A DNA stretch of 62,521 nucleotides, the filler included, from Basidioascus undulatus (lineage: Eukaryota), in the NCBI GenBank assembly GCA_000826855.1. It is 6 parts of 6 records of this genome, joined end to end, with 100 filler letters (N's around TTAATTAATTAA, not from the genome) between each part and the next. Parts side by side here need not be neighbours in the genome. Positions count along the whole stretch, not along the records: positions 34,532 to 41,455 come from JTLS01001651.1; positions 41,556 to 48,479 come from JTLS01001652.1; positions 48,580 to 55,501 come from JTLS01001653.1; 3 more parts are not named here. The stretch is one strand, 5' to 3'. Below are positions 36,796 to 49,896 of the stretch, in pieces. Position numbers and translations under genes: made by a program. The stretch's first letter is position 1, and every line of letters begins with the position of its first letter. A model generated the notes under the pieces. It was given only the letters and a program-made list of their open reading frames with translations. It was not told the DNA's origin and made no database searches.

Positions 36796-38892
36796 GGCGG
36801 AATGTACGGCGTTTGACCGAGAAGGTGAAGGCGAAGGCGAAGCGAGAAGGCGGCGAAGCGCGGGACGAAGTTACGGCTATTTGTGAATCCTGCAAAGCGC
36901 CAAAATACCAACCAGTTACTGTTGTCCTCTTTTGATTGTTCTCGCAATTGACCGCAACGCCATCAAGCAAGAAAAGAATTTCATCTATACCTGCCCATGA
37001 CGCCTGAGTCCAACCTGGTATTTCTTCCCAGAATGCCTTTTTCGCCGACCGTACTACTTCTGTGACCGTAAACCCGTCTGCATGGGTCATAAAGCAGCAC
37101 TTTTCATTATAGCATGTACAGTATAAACCCTTTATTCCTTAAAACCTAACACCCAAAGTACGTGTAATCTCAGCTCCCTATAGAGTTACGGCTATTCCAG
37201 CAGCGTCCAAAGCGCCGTTGAAGTTCGCGTTACGTGAAGCTGGAGCATAGATAAACGTACGCTGTCAAGCCGAAGACCATGGATCTCGTGTATCACGTGA
37301 AATTTGGTGTTTACTTCTGATTTGTGCTACTTTGTCTGGGCTCTGACGACTTCGCGCTCTTGCGATGCTGCGAGCAGAGTGACTGCAGCCTGCCGCTGCA
37401 TTGGGTGCATCGCCTCGGTTTCTTCGACTGTAACATTTCTTGTGTCTTGAAAAGTAACGCTCAGTTATTCCGACTCGCATTCCAAGCACCAACGCGGATC
37501 CTACAGCGTCCAAGGCAAAAGCTCCCGGTTTCGCAGTCGCAGTGGTGCAGGACGATCATTCCGCTTCTGCGCATGGTAGAATAGGGCTTCACAGAACATT
37601 TGCCTCGGGATCAATAGACCAGCTGCGAGTGCATGCATTTTGGAGTTCAGGAGCGTTAATGGCCGCTTGTTGCAACGTCAACAACAATGCCAAGCTAACA
37701 GGTTCAGTGACGCGGCGTAAGGCAATAGGCCGGCAATCCAGTCTTCTGAGCATTTCAAGTCGCAGGAGGATAATAGCTCAGTCCAAAAGGGCAGACGAGT
37801 GCGGTAGAAACTCTCTTTGCAGCGTGTTCGGATCCTTGGCAGTCGTAACGCGAAGAGCCAGCTCAATCTGTGAGACAAGATTTCCTCCGTAGGTTTACCT
37901 GCAATCATGGGGCGCTATATGTCTGGAAGAACGAAGAGATGACGAGGGCAATTGAGAGTGGTTCTTGGACGATGATGGTGATGCGAGTCTAAAGCAGAGC
38001 AGCCGCAGGCGGAACTCAAAAAGAGCGGAGGGCGGACAGCATCCCCCTCGGACCGCGTCCTCTCAGTTGCTTCGCATGCATCCCTTACAGTCCCTTGTAG
38101 CCCGTCCAGCTAGCGTTGACGTATCAAGAATTTACGACGACGTCATGTGAGGTCAAATCTACATGAAGTATTATAATAGACAATCAAGACAGCTCATTCG
38201 AAACCTTTCATGTGCTTGTTCTCCTTCTCCTCCTGCGCGACGCCGCCCGCAGCCCCGACGACACTTGAATCCCAAGAACCCGCAACTCCACTTGTTCTCG
38301 TACTAGGCGGCCTGGTGCTTCGCGTAGACGTCGACGTAGGAGCTCCTGTCCAGCGGCACCCTCCGCTGGGCCTCTGCGTCTCCTCCACGGCGACTGATGA
38401 CACAGCAGCAGACGCTGTTCCGGCCGCACTCGCACTTGGGGTTGTCATGGCAGCTGGATCCTCCCATTGTGAAACTGCAGGCAATCACTGCATTAAAGGA
38501 TCCCACGCCCTACACCGATGGGTACACAGGTGTCGGCAGAACCACCTCATTGCAAGGGTGCAAGACCTCTACTTATGCACAAAATTCACAACTTGTCCAA
38601 CTCCATCTCCGCCCCGCCACAATGTCAGTTCGAACATGAGACTGCTAGCGCTCGTCTTCAACACTGGCAGGCTTGCCTTGGGCTTGCCCTCGACTACTCG
38701 TCTCGTTCTGTGCTGCAAACAGATGACTGCAACATCTGCTTTGTGGGGTTGGCCACAAAGAATAACAGAACGTGGTCAAGTGTGTACAGTTGTTTAAGCG
38801 ACTCCCTGTGCTCAACACAAACCAAAGACATCTTGACCAGGGTCCCTGTTGGCATGTTGGCCAGCAAGTACAAAAACTAATTGTTTATGAAA

Positions 38893-38964
38893 TGAGGGAC
38901 ACCCGACTTGAACGGATAACCTTGCGATCTGGAGTCGCACGCGCTACCATTGCGCCAGCCCCCC
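38893..38964 (-). tRNA. tRNA-Trp(CCA), intronless
   Basis: GGGGGGC/GTCCCTC acceptor, GCGC D stem, TGCGA CT CCA GA TCGCA, GTTCAAGTC. Confidence 0.92.
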
Positions 38965-39454
38965 GGTGACATCCGTTGTCAAAGTGCAAATCCATGAGTT
39001 TGACACTGAGAAAAGTGTTTAGGCTTAAGGATGCGAGGGGGGATGACACTGTGCACGTCTTGTTGGTCCTGGGCCGTGAGCTTCGTTGAACAGTCACCTC
39101 TGATTAATCTGATTCGGTCGCGATGGTTGTCTAGGTGGTATAAAAGGATCAGGGTACAGGCGATGTGCAGCATAGTCTCTCAGAGGAGTGAAGAGCCGCA
39201 GCAGGGAGGTCCTGCAGGGCGCTGTTGTGAAAGTATGCTTGCCTTTTGTTTCCCAGTTGTCTGACTCGAACTCTTAAGACAGCTTTGAAGTGGATCTTCA
39301 GGTAGATGACACAGATGTGCTCTTCTGGCACTCTGAGGGGCCGACAAAGAAGTCGCTCCCTGCGCTGTAGACTGCGGCATCGGTTCGTCTTCCTTAGATC
39401 ATTGACCATAAGTAGTGTTCCTGCACTTGCACAAGGGAAAAAGTGCAAAATAGC

Positions 39455-39527
39455 TGGACATTCCCGGAATTGAACCGGGGACCCCCTCAATGCGAATGAG
39501 ATGTGATAGCCCCTACACCAAATGCCC
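39455..39527 (-). tRNA. tRNA-Ala(CGC), identical to 8073-8145
   Basis: Reverse complement matches the 73-nt gene at 8073; flanks differ. Confidence 0.93.
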
Positions 39528-40226
39528 ATGTAGTTTTTCCCTGCAAAAGTAATTTACATTACAAACACATCAACTTTTATAGCTTACCCAAATTCTTTCC
39601 TGCCATTTCTTAATGGACATAATTTTGAGGGTCAGCCTTTGTCGATGCAAACCGCAGTGAAAGATGTCCTGTACGGCCACGCTTCAAATCGACTTCAGTC
39701 CCACCAGCTCGGCCACCGAGCTGGGCCTCCTCGTCCCCGTTTGTTTGGCGTCTTTGAATTATGCTTTTCCTTATATTACAAGCAGCTGTTGCACTTCATC
39801 TGCGCAGTCTTAAAGCGGAGAAAGAGGAGAAAGCGCACGCGCGCCGACAGGTGCATCCAGAATCCGCCTCTCTTGTCTTTCCTTCCCCGCTCGTCACGTA
39901 ACACGCCTTCACCTCCTCATCGTCGTTGTTGCTTCCCAAATGTCTCACCCGCTCATAAAAGCAAGCTCTGCATCCTCGGCGCCTTGCGGTGCCTGACGAT
40001 GGCGTCGGCAACTGACATCCCCGCGACAACGCGTCGGTCGCGCCCCTCGTCCAGGCCAGCGCCTGCCCTGCCCCTTCGCTCCTTTCCTTGTGCCCGCCAT
40101 CGCGGGTCGCGAGCCCAAAGCCGGGGACTTCGGATTACTCGTACAATCATGAACTAATGCAGGGTGTACTTGACCATTGGCCCCTCTCATCCGTCTTCCT
40201 TCCCTTCGCCTTCGCTTCAAATCGCG

Positions 40227-41455
40227 ATGTCCGCCCTACCCTTCTCCTCATCATCCTCGAACTCGTCACCGGGTCCCTCGACGCGTCCAGAGCGCTCGTC
40301 CACGCTCACTCGCGCCCGGCACTTCTCGATGCCTTCGCGGCTGTCCTACCTCGCGCACGACCCCGCCGTGCGGCACTCGACCGCCTCGGACCCCGCGCGG
40401 CAGGGCGGGTCGTCCAGCGCGGAAGAGGTAGCGCCGGAAGAGGCAGGAACAGGAGCTTCAGAGCGAGTCTAGCACGTTCGCTTAGCGATCTCGCCTACCT
40501 CGCACGACGACGACGGGTCCAACTCTTACAGTCCTCCGCCCCCGCCCATCTACCCGCGCCGCAACACCTCGCTCTCCAACTTCCCCTTCCCCATGTCCAG
40601 CCCAGCCATCTCCTGCTTCTTCTCGACCTACTCTCCCTCCACCTCCGACTCCTTATCCTCCTCATACACCATCACACCGCGCCTCACGCGCTCACGCTCT
40701 CGTTCCTCATTCCCCTCCTTCTCCTCCTTCTCCTCCGACGCCTCCGACCTCAGCAACGTCTCCACCATCCTGCCCTCCTTTCCGTTCCCGCCGCCCGTGC
40801 CGCCCCGCCGCCCGTCGGGCGCACTGCCGTTCGACCTGCACCGCCCGCCCGGCGCGCTCGATCTACGCAGCGAGCAAGCTGTTTGTGCTCGATGAGGACG
40901 GGAACAAGGTCCGCGCGGGCAACTTGTGGGAGGACGAAAAGACGATCGTCATCTTCCTGAGGCAGTACGTTCCCTCTTCTTCATTACCTACCTTGCGCTG
41001 CCCGAGCTAATCCATGTTTCCAGTGCCGTCTGCCCATCAATGCGCAGACTACACGCGCTCCGTAACGCGTCTCCTCCCCCAACCTGTCTCCACCTCCGCC
41101 TCCTCGCTCCCACTACCTCCATCCCCCCATGGATCATCTACGTGCGTCGCCCCACCCTCTCCCTCCTTCCACCCTCGCTGACCTCCCTACTCGTGCGACA
41201 GATCAACCCCTCCTCCTGGCACGCGACGAAGTCGTACCTTCGCGCACTGAGGTTCCAGCAGCCGATCTACTCGGACCCGACGCTCCGAGCTGTTCCACAC
41301 GCTGGGGATGACGCGGCAGACGATGGAAAAGGGCCCGAAGCACGCGCAGGGTACCTCGTCAGCGGGCCGTTCAAGCAGTCCAAAGTGCGTCCTTCCTCCT
41401 CCTCCTCCTCCTCCTCTTCCTCCCTCCTCCCTCCCCCCTCCCCCGTTCTCCCCGT
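40227..41455 (+). CDS. AhpC/TSA-like (peroxiredoxin-like 2) domain protein with Ser-rich N-terminus; frameshifted and 3'-truncated
   Basis: VLDEDGNKVRAGNLWEDEKTIVIFLR...PIYSDPT..LFHTLGM; frame changes near 41290 and 41335 (pseudogene or sequencing error). Confidence 0.55.
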
Positions 41456-41555
41456 NNNNNNNNNNNNNNNNNNNNNNNNNNNNNNNNNNNNNNNNNNNNT
41501 TAATTAATTAANNNNNNNNNNNNNNNNNNNNNNNNNNNNNNNNNNNNNNNNNNNN
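41456..41555. other. Artificial contig spacer
   Basis: N44-TTAATTAATTAA-N44. Confidence 0.98.
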
Positions 41556-42345
41556 AAGATAATGCGATGAATCATGTGTGAGAGGTCATCTATGCATGGG
41601 GAATTGAATGGGAGGCCTGCGAGTCTGGGAAGGGGAGGAGGGAGGGGGAGAGGCACGTGAAGATTGGGAGCAATGGGGTGCAGCATTGAGGGGGGGAGCG
41701 CCAAAGAAGGGGGCACTGCTTGCATTGTACAGCAGCTTGAGCGAGTCCTGAAATGTAGAACGAGAATACACCCAACAATCATACCGGACACCGCAGACTA
41801 CCTGACCAGCTATTCTCGCTGGGAGCGTGGCCCAGGGGTCCGGCAGCGAGGCGAACATTCCCTGTCTCGTACTCACCCTTCATGCTCAGTGGTCCACAGG
41901 TAGAGAGGCAGAGCCGTGTGCACAGTGTCCACAAATTACCAGTGCCTCCGGTGGGTTGTCGAAGGAGAAAACAGACTGCGCAGGGGGGTACTGAGCGTTC
42001 TAGCTCTCATCGACACGCACTCACAACTTCAGTGGGCTCACAATGCATTCTTATTCTTTCCGCGATAATTCCAAGTTCTGAGCTCAAGGAGCGTCTGATC
42101 AAGTACATAAAAGAGAACGCAGAGAAACAGGCGCACCGCGCAGCCGCTGCCTTCACTACAAATACAAACGCACGCGTCGATTTCAAGCGCGTCATGGTGG
42201 CCCGGCCAGTCCGCCGCGACACCGCCCCTTCAGTCGACCCTTCCTTCCTTCACCTTTCTGCAGAAGCCATCACAAACCCACCCATCCTCCATCCCCTCTA
42301 GATCTCCTCTTCCCTCCCCATTCCCCCCAGCTCGCTCTACACAAC

Positions 42346-43781
42346 ATGGCCAGCACCTCCCCAGCCAACTCCACCCCCGCCGTAAGCGACGCGTCTCTTC
42401 CCCGCCCCCTGTCCCTTCCGCAGCCGGCTGACTTTGGGTGGGGAGGGAGCAGATCCGCCGCAAGCTGGTGATTGTGGGCGATGGAGCATGCGGTGGGTTG
42501 AAGCTGCAGAGGAGAGGGTGGGGTGGATGTGGTGGCTGATGCGGTGGAAGGGGGGACGGGTCAGGCAAGACGAGCTTGCTGTGCGTATTTGCGATGGGCG
42601 AGTTTCCGGAGCAGTATGTGAGTGCCGCCCTCTCTTCTTTCGCCTCTCCTCCCAAAAGGCACAAAACCTGGACAGCGCTGATTTCGCTCTCCAACCGCTG
42701 ACACCACTCCTCCCCTTACAGGAACCCAGTACATCCCTTCTTCCTCCCCCTCTCTCTGTTCCTTCCCCTCTCCCTGTTCCTCCCCCATTCACCCCACGCT
42801 TGACGCACAGCCATCTTTGAGAACTACGTCGCCGAGATTCGGCTAGACGGGAAGCCTGTGCAGCTTGCGTTGTGGGATACGGCGTTCGTCTCCCGTCCCT
42901 CTCCCTCTCCCTCCTCCTCTCCCTTCCCCTCCTCCCCCTCTCCTCCTCGCGCAACGCTGACCTGTTTTGAGGCGTTCAGGGGGCAGGAGGAGTACGAGGT
43001 GCGTTGCGGGATGGCGTGGTGGACGGGGAGGGGAGGCTGATGGGATGGGGATGGGGAACGCAACAGCGCCTCCGCCCACTGTCCTACTCCGCCGCGCACG
43101 TAATCATCATCGCCTACTCTGTCGACTCGCCCGACTCGCTTGAGAACGTTACCGTTAAGGTCCGTCTTTTTTCCCTTCCCTCTCCCCCTCCGGCTCCGCC
43201 TCCCATCCCCCTCTTTCCCACCCCGATCTTTCCGAGCTGGCCTGACACACACGGACGCCCGCAGTGGTCAGAAGAGGTCCGCGAGATCTGCGGCCCAGAC
43301 GTGCCCGTACTGCTTGTCGCGTGCAAGGCCGACCTGCGCGCGGCGCTCGCGCGCGAGGGCAAGGACGTGGTCTCGACCGAGCAGGGCCAGCGCGTCGCGG
43401 AGGAGATTGGAGCAAAGAGCTTTAGGGAGTGCTCCGCGAAGCTGAACGAGGGGGTGGACGCGGTGCGTACTTCCCTCTGCTCTCTTCCTCCCTCCTTTTC
43501 CCCTCTTCCTCCCCTCCGTTCTGCTTCCTGCTTCCTACCTCCTCATTCCCCCGTTTGTTTCTGGTCCCCTGGCCGATAAGGAGCGTGGGCTGACAGCGCG
43601 TGGGGTGCGATGCCGTGGGCTACGCCAGGTCTTCGAAGCCTCCACGCGCGCAGCGATGCTCCCGCGCGGGCACGACGCGCGCAGGAACTCTGGCGCGGGC
43701 GGGCACGCGCGGAGGAAGAGCACGGGTACCGCGGGCGAGAAGGGCCACGGCGGCGGCTGCGGGGGTTGCGTGGTGCTGTGA
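42346..43781 (+). CDS. RHO2: Rho-family GTPase, Rho2-like
   Basis: [60 protein letters not shown], CAAX end CVVL. Confidence 0.88.
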
Positions 43782-46700
43782 TGATCGAGCGCCCGCCCAT
43801 CCAGCCCATCGCTCCCTCCTTCAACCTTTCTGCTTGCGCCCCTTGCGCGCCCGCCCCCACGAATCCCCGACCTCATGCGCTCCTACCCCGCCCCGAACCC
43901 AATCAAGCATCCCCGCCCGTTATAACCCTCCCTCACGCGACCCCCCAACCTCGCCTACACACCCACGCACTCATTGATCATCCCAGGACACTTATACTTC
44001 CCACCTAACCGCTCTCTCCATGCCTGCTATGCTCGTCCCATACACCCACCGATCACTTTACGAACCCACCACGCACTTTCCGTCTCTCGCAGTCCCGCTC
44101 GCCCGCTCGCATACAGTCCAAGACCCATATATGTGCACTTTGTATTATGTGATCCCGCGCCCTTGGCCGCGTGCGTTCTGGGAGGGAAAGAGCGCCGGCG
44201 CATGGGTAGTTGAAGAATGGTGCGGACAGTCGAGGAACAGGACAGTCGCGCGTACAGTCGCAGAGTCGCAGCTCTTCCCTGTTCGATCCAGTTCAGACAA
44301 GGGCACAGTGCAATGCAATGAGCAGAACAATAACCAAGGTACGGTTCACATGTACAGGCTCCAGTTGCTATTATGTCTCCATGCGGGCGTCTTCGCAGAC
44401 GAGCCAGCGCTGTGCCCAACTGCGCCGCACCAACAGGTGGCCGCTGCGTCGCTGTTGCTCGTGCTCCTCATTCCATGAGGGGATGGCCAAGGATAGCAGA
44501 ATGAAACAGTCTGTGCATGTACCGCGGCAGAGTGGCTCCCAATCCCGACAAATAGTATCCAGAGGCGGAGAGGAGGTGACTTTGACGCCTTCTCCCAGGT
44601 GAGGCAAACAGAGGATCGACCGTGTTAAGTCGCCTCCCCACCGGGCAACCGGGGACCTTCTTCCCGCGCAGAAAAGCACCACAGCGGTACATAGTACCAG
44701 CGGATACGCAGATGCGGATATGGAATTGTGAAGCAGCGAAAAAGCACCGCCATCTCCCTCCTCTCCAACACCAACCCCGACTCCGCCCGTCCGCTCCTCA
44801 TCCCACTCCACCTACCCCGCCTTCGCCGCACGATCGAACGTAGAGTAAAGCGTAAAGAGTAATCAACCGGCCTTCCACAGCCTCCTCCTCGACATGTAGG
44901 ATCAGATGCTCGGCAAGTGCGTCCCTTTGAAGTAACAAGATAAGGGTGCTGCCGGACGCACGAAGACATGCCCCGCCCACCGTCCCCGAGAGGACGTGGA
45001 TGAGATTCAGGTCATTGCAGCGTCGGAGTCGTCATTTGAGTCTGAAAAAGACTGTGGAAGGATGGGGGAGAGGGAGGGCGCTGGGGGACGGGCGGTTTTA
45101 ATTGAGGAGAGGGGGGTTTAGGGCCGGTTTGCGAGGGGTGGAAGCGCCCTTGAACAGGTCCGGAGCTCGAGAGACCCGGTCTGGGTTGTCTGTTCCCTTT
45201 CTTTGTATGTACATATATTTTGGTTGGGTTTTAAAAGGTCCTATATGAAGGTTGTCATGACCACGAATCTGCGCAGGGTCCGAGTAGTGCGGAACTCATG
45301 TACCACTTCGCGAGGCCCACCGCAGGCTGTTCCCAAGACTTGTCGGTGAGGATAAGCCACCATTATTGTGATTAAATACGGAGTTGAAACCTCATTTATA
45401 GCAAAAAATCTTATCAAAGCGGCCTGAAAGTCAGTTGCTGAGCAATATTGTCGAGCCTACGTCTAAGGAAGACGTGGAACGTGTTGCAGCGTTGTTGTCC
45501 CGAGATTGAGTTGTTCTCCGGAGAACTCGTCACTATGCTAGCCTGCCAGATCTTTAGAAAGAGCCAGACTGAACAATTTCAAAGATTGGGAGTGTCGCGG
45601 AGCATGACGGCTCCTGGTTGCAGAGGCTTGAAAGTATCAACTTTCCGCCTCGGCTTTCCGCCCTTCTTGAGGTACTGAAGTTCATACGTACTTGGTATAG
45701 TAGCCCCCATCCACTGGCAGAAGTCTTTGCCATTCACTTCCATCAGAAGAGAAGCCGGTGTGCGGCCTTGAACAGACGAAAGTTGAAGCACCGGCTGCGA
45801 AGGCGATGGGAGTGTCCGGGATGCGTACCTGCCGCACTCTGAACATTTCCCTCTAATATCCTTTACTTTTTTCATAGTCTTTAAAGCCATCAAGTGATGC
45901 TGCACTCCTAGCGGGCAAAACCAATTAATTGAAACGATATCGCCCTTTTTCTGCCAAAGAAACATAGTGAGGGTCGTTACTGAAAGTATGCAGAGCCGCA
46001 CCTCGAGTTGAGGAAAATTCGAAGATTTGACAGCGGTCCCAGCCAGGGGTGTCGCCCAGCAGAAAGCCTTGCGTCTACTTTGGTCCGAATACATGCTCGT
46101 ACGACCTTTTTTCTCCAAGTTATGCACAGGAGAGCAAAGAGCTCGCGCTTAAGTGGAAAATGAAGCTGACTTGACCGGCCGTTATCTGTGAGAGCTTCGG
46201 CGACGCTCTTTTGTTCTCTGCAGGTGTTTTTGAAGCGCACACGATGAGGCTGCTCGAGTGCGCTAACCGGACAAACGCGCAGCTCTCGCTGGCTGCTCAA
46301 CGAAACGCTTCCGCATACAGCCATGCCAGAGTCAGAGTATAGTCCTCGTTGATCCTCAATCCATCCTCTTTGGTCTGCTGGTTACACCTGAGCTGGATAA
46401 GCCGCTCACGTTTCCTGCGCCACGGCCTTGGTGGCACGACGACAGAGGCGGCGCAATGCATATGAGAACTGGCTTCGAAGAACTTGGAAGTGCAAGTTTG
46501 TCGGAAGTTTTGTAGCTGCACGGAGGTTTGCCATTCTCTCGTACTCAAGCCCAGCGCGCACGGCTGGGGAGAACAGGACCATTGCCGACCTCCAGGCTGC
46601 GGGGCAATTGAGCTGTCGGGGATACGGCACAGATCCGAAGTTAAGTGTACGAACTGCCAGAAATTGCACCGAGTCCTTCGAAGATTGTACGTTGACAGGG

Positions 46701-46906
46701 TTTGTGGAGGATTCAGTCAAGACGAATGATTCGAAGGAGGTGCAGGTGTCTAAAGTGCGAGGTTCCCTGGCAGGCTCAGCGCGCATGTCCGACTGACGAC
46801 AAGTCAGCATGACGCTTGAACGACCGCCCGTCTACAGGGCAGTGCATCCGTCAACATCCACGCAATCGACCCCAATCTCAGCCCAGCGTCCACGCCCCCC
46901 GAGACC

Positions 46907-47789
46907 CTAAATCGGCAGCAAGCTCCCCGCGCCCCTTAGCGCCATGCGCCCGCCAAACTGAAGCGTGGTGATCCCGCCAGGGAAGTACGCGAAGATGTAG
47001 CTGAGGAGCGCGACGACCTTCCACCCGTTCCCGCCATGCTGTGTCAGACTTCCCAATAATAAGAGGGGATAGGTTGAGGCAGACCGCACCTGCACAATGC
47101 CCGCGACCAAGCTCCCGATGTAGCTCTTTGCGCCGACGGCAAAGTAGATGGTGAGTGCGAGGGAGCCGAAGTACGCAAGGCTGAAGGGGAGCCGCTCGGC
47201 CGAGGCGAGGTGCTTCAGGTGGTTTAGGGGGCCGGCAAGGACGGCGAATCTTGGTTCGGGGGGGAGTCAGGAGAGGGAAGGGATTGCGGGTGGGGGTGGA
47301 AAGGGGGGACGAACGAGGACATGACGAGGAGGGAGCCCAGGGAGAAGGCGAGGGCAAACTTGTGTGGGCGGAGGGCGAGCATGGGGAGAAAGAGGAAGAA
47401 CCTGTGCTCCCACCCCGCACCATCGTCCAGCGTGCTGTCACATTGCGCATCGAAAAGAACAAGAAGACTCACGCAAACACGAAGCACACCGCCCCGCCCG
47501 CCAAACAAGCCAAGAACCCCAGGAAGCGCTCCCACCGGCTGAGCGCAAAGTATGCCTCCTCCTCGTTCGTCCGCTCACTGCTCCGCAGCGGGACATATCC
47601 GCTTATGCTCGATGTGAACCGCGAGAACGCGGACGGCGCAGGTTCCGCGGAGGGCTGCTGGGCTGCCGAGGGGTTGGACTGCGCCCAGCGGAATTGGGAG
47701 AGCGAGGCGCGGAAGGATTCTGTATGGGGAGGTGAGCGGGGATGGGGAGGGGAGGGAGAGGGAGGCGGCGCACGCTCGGTTGATGCCAT
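46907..47789 (-). CDS. SFT2: Got1/Sft2-family vesicle transport protein
   Basis: FALSRWERFLGFLACL...RPHKFALAFSLGSLL...HLASAERLPFSLAYFGSL...YFPGG. Confidence 0.9.
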
Positions 47790-48020
47790 GGGATGAGGGG
47801 GAGGCAGGGTGCAATGGCAGGGGAGTTGGTTGTGAGCAAGGGACGTGTGCACTGTGGGCCGGGAGTTCGATCACTTTCCCACGCGACTTGGAGTATCGCA
47901 GCTTTCAGCTTGCCGGTTACCTTTCACCCCCATCATCTCCCTCAAATCCTCTCAAACTCCCAGATATATAATTATTACAGTCCTTCGAGAGGGCCCTGCT
48001 ACTGATATTGTCCGGCGCTC

Positions 48021-48479
48021 ATGCTCTCGCCCCATCTCGCCGACTATCTCCACCGCGGACCCATCGCGCTCCGCCTAGCATCTTTCCTCTCTCAATCAGA
48101 TCTCGAATCTCTATCGATCGCGCTCATAGAGCTTGCGAATAACGAGCGGGATCTGGAGAATGGGAGCATATGGGTCGCCTCTGCCGCTGGGCCGTCCAGG
48201 ACGGCCTCGACCGCATCTTCTTCCTCTCGCTGCTCGGCAACCACAGCTGCGACGGCTTTGTCCACCGCCGTTTCAATACCCGCTCCGCCATCTGCACCCA
48301 CTCCCGTCCTCCGAATATCCAAACCCTTCCTCCTTCCCGACGAAGCGATCGACATAATCTTATCGAGCATATCGACCATCCTTTATTTTCGCGGCCTCAT
48401 CCCCGTGTCCGTCCAAACATCTCATCACCTTCTCCTTCCACTCATCTATTTCCCATTGTGTCTGACTCATCCGAGGCTG
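48021..48479 (+). CDS. 5' fragment, possibly a HORMA-domain protein
   Basis: EAIDIILSSISTILYFRGLIP resembles the HORMA N-terminal helix/ILYxRG.xP motif; cut by the contig end. Confidence 0.3.
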
Positions 48480-48579
48480 NNNNNNNNNNNNNNNNNNNNN
48501 NNNNNNNNNNNNNNNNNNNNNNNTTAATTAATTAANNNNNNNNNNNNNNNNNNNNNNNNNNNNNNNNNNNNNNNNNNNN
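48480..48579. other. Artificial contig spacer
   Basis: N44-TTAATTAATTAA-N44. Confidence 0.98.
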
Positions 48580-49049
48580 GGGGGGGGGGGGGACCGGATA
48601 GATCTGCTGTTCATCGTCTTCTGGTCTGCCGAGCTCTCCCTGGCGTTCGACAACTACCTCACCTCGCCACTGCGGTGCTCATCGGCTTCACCGTGGGTCT
48701 CTTCTTCCCCCCCTCCCCCCTACCTTCCACTCTTCGGATGAGAATGCAGACTGACACGAGCTCGCCGCGCGGCGCAGATGGTGGTCCGAAGTCGAACAAT
48801 CCAACGAGTCCGGCTGGCGGACCGACATCGAGGGCTCGCTGGGCGACAGGCTGTGCGACGAACAGGCTGCGCTCATTGGGCTGGTCTTTGTCGGGATGGT
48901 GCTTTGTGGGTCTTCACTTCCTCCATTCCCCTTTCCCTCCCTCCTTCTTCTACCTTCCTAGCGCAGCAAGCTGATCAACGCGGGATCCAGACGTCGCCAA
49001 CCTCGTCGTCAGCCTCTTCCGGATCTTCCTCCGGATAGCGCGCTCGTAG
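48580..49049 (+). CDS. 3' fragment of a membrane protein, Srf1 (phospholipase D regulator)-like
   Basis: DLLFIVFWSAELSLAFDNY...LCDEQAALIGLVFVG...NLVVSLFRIF. Confidence 0.45.
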
Positions 49050-49896
49050 CTTCCCTCCTCCACTCCCTCACCCTTCCCCTCTCCCACCTTCTTTTTACTT
49101 TCCATTTCGCACCACCCGAACCCTCCCGCAATCTTCCCCCCCGATACGCACTTTCCTTCTGCGTCCCGCATACGCACTTGCTTGCTCATCTACGCTACAC
49201 TGCTGCACATAATTCACCTTCGCATCCCCATCGTTTCACGTTTCACGTTTCACGTTACGGCATCCTGATCATCTTCAGCCTGATTACCATCCGCTCTACC
49301 CTGTTGTGATTGGCATGTACATTTATAGTAAGCTACACGCATACATTAGCTGCTTTGCGTGGCTGGGCCATGCCAGAAGTCGTTTGTGTGAGTGCTTTGG
49401 ACGCGTTGCCTGGAGGCAGAGGCGGACTCTAGACTCAGGAGGTCGAGGGATAATGCTCGCTAGAGATTGTGCTAATGCACCTTCTGGTTTTGCAAGTTGG
49501 ACTCTCACCAAGTGGCGATAGCGATAGGCTAGCGTTGCATCGGGACTTTCAGCACGGGTTGGAGGTTGCAGACGGTCGCCGCGGGATCAGTGCAAGCTCC
49601 ACGACAGTTTCCGCTGTACTTTGCTCTACTCACAGCCACGAATCACGCTCACCATTAAGTTTCAACACGACATTCTTCAAGAAAACTCGATCGGGATTTC
49701 AAGTTCCGAGGTGCGCGGCGGCCAGGCTAAGTTATCTATCTTCCCCTCCACCCGGCACATGCAACGAATCACGTTGCAAGCGTGCATGCGTCGGGAGTCG
49801 CAGCCGAGTGATTGCAAGTTGAGTATCCCTTTCAGAGATATTCTCCCAATCTCCCTTCCCATCCATCTCCTCCTTCAACCAAGCAACCAAACAACC

